In this document: one piece after another, positions 9,894-18,931 of the stretch | Layout: every line of letters begins with the position of its first letter | Position numbering within the stretch: position 1 is the stretch's first letter | Assembly (NCBI GenBank): GCA_963749595.1 | Contig: CAVVNJ010000001.1 | Location: forward strand, 67,376 to 115,997 | DNA from: Candidatus Woesebacteria bacterium | GTDB lineage: Bacteria; Patescibacteriota; Microgenomatia; UBA1400; UBA1396 | Direction: 5' to 3' | Length of the DNA stretch: 48,622 nt | Translations under genes and position numbers: made by a program | Notes under the pieces: model-generated | What the model was told of the DNA's origin: nothing | The model's database searches: none | What the model saw: only the letters and a program-made list of their open reading frames with translations

Positions 9894-9914
9894 CTTGTTT
9901 TTCATAGTTTGCAT
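9420..9914 (-). CDS. Hypothetical ORF spanning the repeat array (may be non-coding)
   Basis: 164-aa ORF. Its G-x-x-L-x-x-x-W pattern is simply the 11-bp DNA repeat read in three successive frames. Confidence 0.3.
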   Translation of the reverse strand: MQTMKNKVGRKLAKTWLGKSLIRVGQKVDEVWMGIGQYLVRSWSAFKANKVGQNLDESWMDFGRVDLAKVAKLGRTVYAKGMPKICQNSVQRLLQLFSNTSPEIDQQRLHRSYTNPTPEFKRFSLKKVSQQLPNDYPENEGFSLNNIRTKSRMKSVQKIASTLR

Positions 9915-10041
9915 TTCGTTTTGTTAATTATTTTTCGTTAAAAACTCCTTCTAGTTAGTTTGTCGTCCTCTCGTTTCTCGCCGACGTTATGTGACTTTAG
10001 GAATTTAGCCTTGATTTCCTTTAAATCTTCTCGTTTGTTGT

Positions 10042-10440
10042 TCACGACGAGCGAGTTGTTGCCTCGTGGATGGCAAAAATTGTGACGATTTGGGGGTTAA
10101 GGGTGTAGAGGTTATTGGCAAAGACACTGGTGCCTTTTTTGTTCTTTTGCTTTTTTTTGCGGATTTCGATTAAAGGTTCGCCATTATGTCTGGCTTTGGC
10201 AAGATTAGCTGATTCTTCTGCTGACACTGGCAATACTATTAAGGCCCAAGATTTGTTTGAGCTTGCTCAGGGAGGGGTAGCATTCGCCTTTGTCGTTGAT
10301 AAATACCGCCAGGGCGGTGAAGGTGTGCCATTGTTCAGCAGTTAACATCAGGTAAGAAGCCCACCATGAAAGATGGGGTTTCGCCAGAATTGCAGATACA
10401 AATTATCCTTTGGTTTTTCTTGTTTCATTGACATATTCAT
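10042..10440 (-). pseudogene. HTH (HTH_36 / phage replication protein-like) gene with two frameshifts
   Basis: Manual translation: MNMSMKQEKPKDNLYLQFWRNPIFHGGLLT | MLTAEQWHTFTALAVFINDKGECYPSLSKLKQILGLNSIASVSRRI | ANLAKARHNGEPLIEIRK...NNLYTLN. Breaks at about 10350 and 10208. Confidence 0.6.
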
Positions 10441-10459
10441 TTATTGTTTTGGTCTTGGG

Positions 10460-10615
10460 CTATGAGCTACCGCTCTTGGCCTCGATCTTCATGGCCGTTT
10501 CTGCAAAGCCAATAAGGACCAGGGCAATGTCCAAGACTTCCTCAAGCTTTAAATCAACGTTGTAGTCCTCTTTGAGAATCTGTCTGAGCTCGAGTAGTAA
10601 CTTTTGGCTCACCAT
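10460..10615 (-). CDS. Small 51-aa hypothetical protein of the integrative-element core
   Basis: MVSQKLLLELRQILKEDYNVDLKLEEVLDIALVLIGFAETAMKIEAKSGSS; below the ORF-track size cutoff; overlaps the upstream gene's stop. Confidence 0.6.
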   Translation of the reverse strand: MVSQKLLLELRQILKEDYNVDLKLEEVLDIALVLIGFAETAMKIEAKSGSS

Positions 10616-10867
10616 AGGCTTCTTTCGGCATAAAGCCGCGATTTAATGTCACGTAACTGGTTAAAGAATGTCTGGGGTGAGATTTTGAGTTCATTGCGAA
10701 AGTAGCCTTCAACAAGGTCTTCTAGTTCTGGGGACCGCAAGAAAACAAAGACGGCTTTGCGTGGATTGGATCGGTCAATATCCTGAATGGGAAACTGGAG
10801 GGAAATGGTAGTGGCTAGGGCTAAGTCACTGGTTACGTAAGTATCGGAAGTATGTTTGCTGATTCAT
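10609..10867 (-). pseudogene. DUF5659-like protein; ATG at 10867 is out of frame by one base
   Basis: Manual translation: YVTSDLALATTISLQFPIQDIDRSNPRKAVFVFLRSPELEDLVEGYFRNELKISPQTFFNQLRDIKSRLY. In-frame TGA immediately upstream of ISKH. Confidence 0.6.
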
Positions 10868-10995
10868 AGTAATTTATTTGAGAACTACGATCAGTTTAGG
10901 GAAGGTGCGCTGTCCATCTCAATAAACTTTGTGGTTGTTTATGTTTACTTTTGGAGACAAGGAGTAATAATTGTCTGGTAAGAAGTAGCCAATTT

Positions 10996-11004
10996 TGGTA
11001 AACT
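10996..11004 (+). promoter_or_regulatory. Extended -10 promoter candidate for the hydrolase-Ldh-AKR-YecM operon
   Basis: TG-G-TAAACT upstream of the first gene. Confidence 0.45.
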
Positions 11005-11046
11005 ATGACTAAGAATCGACGTTTTTAAATGGACATCAAATTAAAT

Positions 11047-11586
11047 ATGAACAAAAAATCAAAAGCATTGTTTCTTCAAAGTTGGTATTCAAAGGTTACC
11101 GATAATTGGTATCCATGGTTAAAGAATGAACTTGAGAAAAAAGGTTACGCCACTTATTTTCCCGATATCCCAGAAATGCGTAAAGATGTTCCTGATATGG
11201 GTAAAATACTCGAATATATTGAATCCCTGAAAGTAATTGACAAAGATACGATTATTATCGGTCACAGCCTTGGTAATTTGTTAGCAATGAGATTAGCTGA
11301 AAAATTTGAGTATAAGCAGATGATTTTAGTTTCTGCATGGGATTACGATGATTTGTGTGAAGGACACGTATTGTTTTGGAAAACAAAGATAAATCACACA
11401 AGAATTAAAGAGCATGTCAAAAACATTACCGTAATTCACTCTGACAATGACCCGTACTACACTCAGATTTCCGCTGAAGACACAAGTAAAAGGCTAAATG
11501 CAAAATTAATTATAATTAAGGGTGGTGGGCATTTCGGAACAAAAGAAGGGACGAAGGAAATGCCCGAGATATTAAAACTACTTTAA
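11047..11586 (+). CDS. RBBP9/YdeN-family alpha/beta serine hydrolase
   Basis: NWYPWLKNEL, GHSLG nucleophile, HSDNDPY, GGHF. Start could be 11029. Confidence 0.85.
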   Translation: MNKKSKALFLQSWYSKVTDNWYPWLKNELEKKGYATYFPDIPEMRKDVPDMGKILEYIESLKVIDKDTIIIGHSLGNLLAMRLAEKFEYKQMILVSAWDYDDLCEGHVLFWKTKINHTRIKEHVKNITVIHSDNDPYYTQISAEDTSKRLNAKLIIIKGGGHFGTKEGTKEMPEILKLL

Positions 11587-11594
11587 ATATATCT

Positions 11595-12584
11595 ATGAAA
11601 ATCAAAGTTTCGGAAGCCATCCAAATATCTCAGAAGTTTCTTGAAAAGCTTGGTTTATCACCTGAGGAATCAACTTTAATTACTGAGAATGTTGTTGACG
11701 CTGAACTAGCGGGTAGAAAAACTCACGGTTTTGTCCGTTTAATATCTTTCAAAAAACAGTCAGACGAGAAACGATTAAATATTGACGAACTAAAGCTCGA
11801 TATTACTGATGAATCTCCAGTTCATATTCATGTAGACGGTCACGGCAAACTCGGGTACGGTATAATTTATAAATCACTTGATCTGGCATTTGAGAAAATA
11901 AAGACCTCAAGAATGGTGTCTGTTGGCATTAAGGACTTGGGAGTGACCGGTTACATCGGAGGTTATGCAAGAAAGGCTACAGAGAAAGACTTAATTTTCA
12001 TTGGTTTTAATAACTCACCAGGTGGTTTAGTTCCTTATGGTTCAAAGAAGGAATTGTGGGGTACTAACCCGATGACCATCGGCGTTCCTACAGAAGACAC
12101 TCCAGTTATTTTAGATATGGCTTCAACCCTGACGACTTGGGGAGAGCTTATGGTGGCCAAGAACGAAGGAAGAGAAATTAAGCCTGGTGTTGCTATTGAT
12201 GCTGAAGGTAAACCGACAACTGATCCTGTTAAAGCAATGTCTGGAGGGTTATTACCTTTTGCTGGTTATAAAGGATCCGGGCTTGGTCTTATTGTTGAAC
12301 TACTCGCCGGTGCATTGACTGGAGCCAGAGTTGGTTATGCTGTTCCTGGTGGTTGGGGTTCGTTCTACATTCTCATTGATCCAACACTTTTCCGACCACT
12401 TACCGATTTTAAGAAAGACATAAAAGCTGCAATAACAGAATTAAAAAATGCTCCTAAGATGGATGGTGTTGACGAGATTTATTTTCCGGGCGAGCAATCT
12501 CATAAACTAAGACAAGAACAACTTTCAGAAGAAATGGTTGAAATTAGCGATAAGATTTTAGAACAAGTAAGGAGTCAATTATGA
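11595..12584 (+). CDS. Ldh_2-family (malate/L-lactate/sulfolactate dehydrogenase-like) oxidoreductase
   Basis: AELAGRKTHGFVRL, GTNPMTIG.P, ILDMAS, LLPFAGYKGSGLGLIVELLAG, IYFPGE. Confidence 0.88.
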   Translation: MKIKVSEAIQISQKFLEKLGLSPEESTLITENVVDAELAGRKTHGFVRLISFKKQSDEKRLNIDELKLDITDESPVHIHVDGHGKLGYGIIYKSLDLAFEKIKTSRMVSVGIKDLGVTGYIGGYARKATEKDLIFIGFNNSPGGLVPYGSKKELWGTNPMTIGVPTEDTPVILDMASTLTTWGELMVAKNEGREIKPGVAIDAEGKPTTDPVKAMSGGLLPFAGYKGSGLGLIVELLAGALTGARVGYAVPGGWGSFYILIDPTLFRPLTDFKKDIKAAITELKNAPKMDGVDEIYFPGEQSHKLRQEQLSEEMVEISDKILEQVRSQL

Positions 12585-13507
12585 TAACCAAAAATGATTT
12601 ATTTCCAATCGGTATAGGAACTTGGGGTGTTGGTGGCTTTGCAGAAAAAGACCAAACTCTAAATAAGAGCAAACAAGTTGATGCTATCGCCTACATGTTT
12701 CAAAAAGGCATGAATTATGTCGAAGCTAACCTCTGGTATTCTCAAGGTTACTCTGCCGAGATTCTTGCTGAAGCTTTCAAAAAATCAGGTAAAAAGCGCG
12801 ATGAGATATTTATCGTCCAAGCAGTTTATCTGAAGGACAATAAACTCCAAGATACTGAAGCGGAAATTGATCGTTTGTTGAAGCTGTTTGGAACTGATCA
12901 CATCGACACTCTGCAGTATACCCAAAGTGCTTTCCTGGATTATGAATTTGATGAGGTTTGTGGCATGGCCGATAAGGTTATAACTGCTGGTAAATCTCGA
13001 TATACAAGTATTACCAATGAAAACTTAGAGCTACTGAAGAAGTATCATCAAAGATTTGGTGACAAATTATTCTCCCATGAAGTGTGTTTCAACTTTGAAG
13101 TTCGTGCTAATGAGGCAGAAGGAACCATTAAGTACGCCCAGGATAATGGAATCGTGACTGCCATTTATCAGCCTTTAAGAAGGAACCGAACCGCAAACAG
13201 GAATTGGCCAATTTTAGTCGAGCTTTCCAAAAAGTACGGAATAACTCAAAACCAAGTGATCCTCAGTTGGATTATATCTAAAGGCTTATTACCTCTTACC
13301 AAGTCTGAAAATAAAGCACATATTGATGAGCATCTGGCAGCAATTGGACACAAGTTGGATCCAAATGATATCCAAATGTTAAACGACTTTGTCCCACCTG
13401 GATACAAACCGTTACCAATCGATTGGGATAAAACAGGACAAGGGTTCCGCATTGACCAGGTTAGTAACGTCTTTGATGATGAATACGATAAGCAAATTAA
13501 AGGTTAA
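12581..13507 (+). CDS. Aldo/keto reductase-fold protein with non-canonical catalytic residues
   Basis: IGIGTWG, GTDHID, GKSR, YQPL, TQNQVILSW, PKS-like TKSENKAHIDE; ATGA overlap with the upstream gene. Confidence 0.8.
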   Translation: MITKNDLFPIGIGTWGVGGFAEKDQTLNKSKQVDAIAYMFQKGMNYVEANLWYSQGYSAEILAEAFKKSGKKRDEIFIVQAVYLKDNKLQDTEAEIDRLLKLFGTDHIDTLQYTQSAFLDYEFDEVCGMADKVITAGKSRYTSITNENLELLKKYHQRFGDKLFSHEVCFNFEVRANEAEGTIKYAQDNGIVTAIYQPLRRNRTANRNWPILVELSKKYGITQNQVILSWIISKGLLPLTKSENKAHIDEHLAAIGHKLDPNDIQMLNDFVPPGYKPLPIDWDKTGQGFRIDQVSNVFDDEYDKQIKG

Positions 13508-13511
13508 TAAT

Positions 13512-13997
13512 ATGGTTTTAGATTCTTACGATAAATTTATTACTACTATCCTGAATAAAATTCAGTCTTTTGAGATTGATGTCGAAAAGTTGGATATGGA
13601 TCATATTGGCTACCAAGCATCATCTGACGAAGATTACGATAACCTGAAGAAAGAGTTTGATGGTTTAGGAAAGCTTGTGTCTGAAGAGATTGTTGGCGGA
13701 CGAAGAGTTGGTATTTATGAATTAAGCCAACCATTAAAGTTTAATCAATACACCAATGATGCGATTGAACTAGTAGCTCCTAAACAAGGGCAACAGTGTC
13801 CTTCTGCCCTTGAGCACGTTGAATTTGTGTTAACTGAAAGTTTTGAGTCCTTCATGGCTAAATATCCGAATGTACCTTGGGATACTACTGCGATAAGCCA
13901 ACCCGGATTCCCAATGATAAAACTTAAACTTGGTGATTATATCCAAGCAAAATTTCACCTACAGCCTGTATTGGATATCGTGGCGAACAAAACTTAA
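13512..13997 (+). CDS. YecM-like VOC-family protein
   Basis: MDHIGYQAS, EEIVGGRRVGIYEL..PL, IELVAPK, LEHVEFV, AKFH; start set at ATG 13512. Confidence 0.8.
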   Translation: MVLDSYDKFITTILNKIQSFEIDVEKLDMDHIGYQASSDEDYDNLKKEFDGLGKLVSEEIVGGRRVGIYELSQPLKFNQYTNDAIELVAPKQGQQCPSALEHVEFVLTESFESFMAKYPNVPWDTTAISQPGFPMIKLKLGDYIQAKFHLQPVLDIVANKT

Positions 13998-14221
13998 AAG
14001 GGAAGCAGTTCGGAAGAGTCTACTTTCAACGCCTTGGCGATTTTGTAGAGAGTCCTGATGGTTGGGTTTCTCTCGCCTCGTTCTACCATGCCCACATATG
14101 TCCTGTGCAATGACAATCTTGCCGCCAATTCTTCCTGGCTAATACCTTGAGATTTACGGACCTTTTGCATCTTCTGACCGAATTTTTCTAGAACGAATTT
14201 GTGAGTTATTGCTTTTCCCAT
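13994..14221 (-). CDS. XRE / C-protein-like HTH transcriptional regulator
   Basis: GISQEELAARLSLHRTYVGMVERGERNPTIRTLYKIAKAL. Confidence 0.92.
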   Translation of the reverse strand: MGKAITHKFVLEKFGQKMQKVRKSQGISQEELAARLSLHRTYVGMVERGERNPTIRTLYKIAKALKVDSSELLPF

Positions 14222-14378
14222 GTGTTCAAATCGTAGAGACTCCCTGTATTCTTTTCGACAGACTCCTTGTCTCTTTTGTGCTAAACTTCCTCTAGAAAGC
14301 CTATTGATTTGACTTTAGCTCTTGAAGGAAGTTAACATCTCGACACGTTATCAGTTAGCTCTGTAGGAGGATAAAAAT

Positions 14379-15245
14379 ATGACAATGAAAATGACTCAAA
14401 ACAAACCACTGGTTATTGCCTTCGCTCTCGTGGTGTTACTTGGCTCTGCCTTCTGGCTTATTCGTCCCAGGATTCAAGCAGTAAAGGTTCAACAGGCTCA
14501 GGACCAGAAGCTCCAACAAATAAAAGAACTCACTCAATCTGCCGATACTGATCCTAAATATCGGGAACATAATTCCCAGGCCAGCCGTGAGATGTCTGAT
14601 AAGCTCTGTTCTTTGACTGCCCGCTCTCCGGAAGAGAGGGAGAAAGCAGTGGCAGCTGTCCGTGATTTCTTGGAAATGCCGACTATTGCGGTGAAATATG
14701 AATGCAACGACGCCTTCTATAACCTGGAAGAGGACCGACTTATTCCTGCCAAGAGTGAAACTTACTCGGTTGACTCAACCTATTTCGTTGTTAATTCTGT
14801 AACAAACCATATCATGCAAGTAGACGAGACTCCTGGGACTTGGGGATATAAGGCTGATGGTTCTCGTTGGTTTAGTGATCAAAAGCAATACGACTACAGT
14901 GGCAAATATAGCCAAGCAGAGATTGAACAGTTGGCTCGTAACTTTATCACCAAGCATTCAGTGGCTTTAGGAAATATCGATCTCTCTAAATTCACACTGG
15001 AGACCGGCAAGAAGGATGGTGGAAACGGTAGGGTAAATTATTTCCTCATTTGGAAGGGAGAAGCCAGAACTGTCCAATTAGATCCACCAACCGAAACTTG
15101 TAGTGAGGACCTGGACAAGAACGCTCCTGGCTTATATCGCAACGGCAATGGTGTTCCTTGTATCAAGGTCTACGAATCCAAAGAACAGCCTAGCCTGAGC
15201 TGTTGCCTTTACCAATGGTGGCCAACTCATCAACTTCTCCAATGA
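14379..15245 (+). CDS. Secreted or membrane-anchored hypothetical protein; probable frameshift near the C-terminus
   Basis: AGGAGG RBS and N-terminal hydrophobic segment. After about 15199 the +1 frame reads AVAFTNGGQLINFSNELEGPLARARMR to a stop at 15282, which looks like the natural tail. Confidence 0.65.
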   Translation: MTMKMTQNKPLVIAFALVVLLGSAFWLIRPRIQAVKVQQAQDQKLQQIKELTQSADTDPKYREHNSQASREMSDKLCSLTARSPEEREKAVAAVRDFLEMPTIAVKYECNDAFYNLEEDRLIPAKSETYSVDSTYFVVNSVTNHIMQVDETPGTWGYKADGSRWFSDQKQYDYSGKYSQAEIEQLARNFITKHSVALGNIDLSKFTLETGKKDGGNGRVNYFLIWKGEARTVQLDPPTETCSEDLDKNAPGLYRNGNGVPCIKVYESKEQPSLSCCLYQWWPTHQLLQ

Positions 15246-15601
15246 GCTCGAAGGACCACTTGCCAGGGCTCGCATGCGCTAAGGTTTCTATGAAAACAAT
15301 CAAACGTTTTATTCTCCGGTATTTTGTGGTGCTTATTGAACTCCAGGTGAAGCTACTCAAGACATTGGCCCACACCGGCTCACAACGTCCCCAACGAGCC
15401 GTTTGAAGCTAAATAACGGTGAACTATGCCACTCCAGGCACGAATAGGCCACACAAGCCAACACGCGGTGCCAACGCGTATTTTGGATGGCTACTCTAAT
15501 TGCCTATCGCTATATCTGGAAAATTATTATGTGGTACAATTTTTAATATACCTATTGATTTATGTTCCATAAAATAATATTCTGAATATATTCAAGATAA
15601 A

Positions 15602-16708
15602 ATGAAGACAAACAAAATGGCACAAAAAAAGGACATACAAGATATTCTGTACCAGTTAATCAAATTAACTGCTGAAAATAAATCCGAAGATTTACAGATG
15701 TATCTCAAACGGTATCAGAAAATCTTGGGGGAAAGTTACCCTGAGTTGATAGAGAAACTTCAAACATTCAAGAAGAGTAGTTCTGGCAACTTCAGAAATA
15801 CAAGGATGGCTAACATTCCAGTAGACTTAGATACTAGGCTTGAGCTGGTTCGGATGTTTCAAAAGCCATCTGTAGACTTTGAGCCAATTTGGGAAGACTC
15901 CATTCAAAAGATCCTTAATCAGGTACTTATTGAGAGAAGCCAAAAAAGAAAACTAAGAGAACATGGATTACAAGCAACTAAGTCAATTATATTTACCGGT
16001 AAACCTGGGGTCGGTAAGTCGTTGGCAGCAAAATGGGTTGCTTCAAAATTAAACATGCCCCTTTTGGTACTGGATCTGTCTGCTGTCATGAGTAGTTTTT
16101 TGGGACGCACTGGATCAAATATTAGAAATGTACTTGATTACGCAAAAGGAATGGAGTGCGTTTTGCTTTTAGACGAGATTGACGCAATTGCCAAAAAAAG
16201 AGATGACAATGCTGATGTTGGAGAGCTTAAAAGATTAGTTACAGTTATCCTTCAAGAAATAGATGAGTGGCCCGAACATAGCTTATTGATTGCTGCAACA
16301 AATCACGCCTCATTGTTGGATCCAGCAGTATGGAGAAGATTTGATTTAGAGATCGAATTCCCAATGCCACAAACAGAACAAGTTATTAAGGCTGTAGATC
16401 TGTATCTAGGAAAAGAAAAAATTGAATCTAAAGAGGTTAAAAATTGTTTGATATCACTTTTAAACTCTTTGTCTTTCAGCGACATTGAAAGAGCGGTGTT
16501 ATCGATTAGAAGACAAGCTGTTATAAAAAAGATTGATATAGACAACGCGGTTGTCGAATATTTTGCTCAAGGTATTGATAAACTAGACAAAGAATCGAAG
16601 TTAAAAGTTGCTAAATTAATGGTTAGCCTAGGTAGTTCTCAGCGAAGGGCAAGCGAAATTGTCGGCATCAGTAGAACTACACTAAGCAAGAAAATGAAGG
16701 GAGAATAA
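15602..16708 (+). CDS. ietA: AAA+ ATPase IetA
   Basis: Walker A GKPGVGKS, Walker B LLLDEIDAI, DVGELKRLV, AATNH..LLDPAVWRRFD, C-terminal HTH; directly upstream of an S8 protease. Confidence 0.85.
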   Translation: MKTNKMAQKKDIQDILYQLIKLTAENKSEDLQMYLKRYQKILGESYPELIEKLQTFKKSSSGNFRNTRMANIPVDLDTRLELVRMFQKPSVDFEPIWEDSIQKILNQVLIERSQKRKLREHGLQATKSIIFTGKPGVGKSLAAKWVASKLNMPLLVLDLSAVMSSFLGRTGSNIRNVLDYAKGMECVLLLDEIDAIAKKRDDNADVGELKRLVTVILQEIDEWPEHSLLIAATNHASLLDPAVWRRFDLEIEFPMPQTEQVIKAVDLYLGKEKIESKEVKNCLISLLNSLSFSDIERAVLSIRRQAVIKKIDIDNAVVEYFAQGIDKLDKESKLKVAKLMVSLGSSQRRASEIVGISRTTLSKKMKGE

Positions 16709-16710
16709 AT

Positions 16711-18926
16711 ATGTCAAAAAACTTTCTTCTCGGCTTTGGTGAACGGTTAACAGAAAGAATGGATCCGCCAAAGACAGCTCCGGATAAAGTGTTGCCTTAC
16801 TCTTTTGAAGAGTCAGTAAAAAGGTTAGGAAGTCAGATTGACCAGACTTTAGAATCTGTTCGCTCCCTGCCTGATTTGGCTTGCCCTCAAAATCAAACTG
16901 TTGTTTCTTTTGTCCTACATCCAGAATTCACTGCAAAATCGTATTATCCAGAGTCTTTGTTCCGCTCCTGGAACTTAGAACAGGTTGGTAGCCGAATGAC
17001 AAAAATCAAACCTGAAAAGTGGACCAAGAAAAAGAGAAACAGCCGAGGTTGTTACTACAGAAATTTTTGTATCAGGTGAGAAAACAAAACTAGAAGCACT
17101 ACCTGGTCTTTTAAGCAAAACTCTTTCGACCTCTGTTGAAGGAGCTGAGCTGTCAAAGATTGAGATGATTAAGCCTTTGAGTGTGTCAGATAAGCTCATG
17201 CCTATACTTACAAAAAATGACAGATTGATGTTTGAGGCCGTACTGCATGCATCGGCTGACGAATCCTATCTTGTAGATGGGTTTAAGAAATACTTGGACT
17301 CACTCAAAGACGGTTCAATTATCAGCGATCTCATTTATTCAAAAGGTTTATGTTTTCTCTCCATCGAAGCACAAAAGGCAAAGGCTCACGACATTGCCGA
17401 ATTTTCTTTTTTAAGAGTGCTTAGGGAGATGCCAAAACTTCGTGGTTTTGAGCCCGCCTTACGGTCAACAGGTATGAATTTTGCAGTTAGTTTACCAGAT
17501 GTAAAACCAGTCGATCCTAACCTAAAAGTAGCGATTTTTGATGGAGGTTTTCCAGATAATAGTCCATTATCGAAATGGATTGATAAGAAAGAAATTGGGA
17601 AACTGGATAAACCAATGGCCGAAGGTTTAAATCATGGACATTGGGTATCATCTGCTTTTTTATTCGGCCCATTACAAGATGGAGTCCAACCACCTCAACC
17701 TTACGCATATGCAGACCTTTATCGTGTTTTTGACACCAACGACAATGGTGATGCAAACTTAATTAAAGTCCTTAAAAGAATAAGGGATATTCTTACTTCA
17801 ACTAACTACAATTTTGTTAATTTAAGCTGTGGACCAGATTTGCCTGTTGAAGATACTGAAGTTCATGCATGGACCTCAGTTCTTGATGAAATATTCTCGA
17901 ATGGATCAATTTTGGCAACATTGGCTGCTGGAAATAAAGGTCATTTAGATAGAGCTTCGGGGAATGCCCGTATTCAACCACCATCCGACTGTGTTAATGG
18001 ACTATGTGTGGGTGCCGCTGACAGTCAAGGAGATGCATGGCAAAGAGCAAACTATAGTTGCGTTGGTCCTGGTAGACTCCCTGGGTACATAAAACCTGAT
18101 TTACTTGGGTTTGGTGGTTCAACAAAAGAGTTTTTCTGGGTTGTCGACAACAATAATCCTGGTTTTTCTGTTCCTGTTCAAGGAACCAGTTTTGCCGCGC
18201 CGTTTGTATTAAGGACTGCGGCTGGGATTCGTTCCATATTTGGAAGCAACTTAAGCCCACTGGCAATAAAAACATTGCTCATTCATTCTAGTGAGAAGGA
18301 AAATCATGACTTGTTAGAAGTTGGTTGGGGTAAGTTAGGTTCAGATATTGATCTGATAACCTCATGCGAAGATTCCTGCATTAAGGTTGTTTATCAGGGT
18401 AAGCTAAATCCTGGAGAATGGCTGAAGGTTCCAGTTCCATTACCAAACACTCAAATAAAGGGTAAGGTCTTGGTTAAAGCCACGATGTGCTATGCCACAC
18501 CCACAGACCCACAGGACTCGGCAAACTACACCCAGAGTGGTTTAGAGATAGTTTTTAGACCAAACGAGGACAAGAAGAAGGATCCTCATCAGGAATACCC
18601 TGATTCTAAATCGTTTTTCTTCTTCCTCAAGACTTTACGAAAATTTGGGAACTGATGAAAAGAGATTTGACTCCCACAGGTGGGAGTCAACGATGTCTTC
18701 ATCCAGGTCTATGCTTGGGAGGAGCCTTAAGAATCCTGAATTTAATGTTCACTATATTGCCCGAGATGGTGGTAATAAAACAAAGGACGCTCAAGAAATC
18801 CCTTACGCTCTAGTGGTTGAGGTAAGTGCTCCACGAGAGGTTAATTTATATAACCAGGTATTTAGCCGGTTTAGAACGGTCTTAGAGATTCTCAAACCGA
18901 CCATTGAGATCCAGGTACAAACATAA
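16711..18926 (+). pseudogene. ietS: S8 serine peptidase IetS, split into three ORFs by two +1 frameshifts (about 17030 and 18615)
   Basis: N-terminal FLLGFGERLT; triad AIFDGG / NHGHWVSS / QGTSFAAP and AAGN oxyanion motif in 17165-18655; C-terminal IPYALVVEV..P...LYNQV. The skipped frames give natural continuations ETAEVVTTEIFVSG and SSSRLYENLGTDE. Confidence 0.85.
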
Positions 18927-18931
18927 CCAAT

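Noticed and set aside
16711-18926. Stop-codon reassignment (TGA read-through) as the explanation for split genes
   Set aside because: The breaks require frame changes, and TGA acts as a normal stop in intact genes here.
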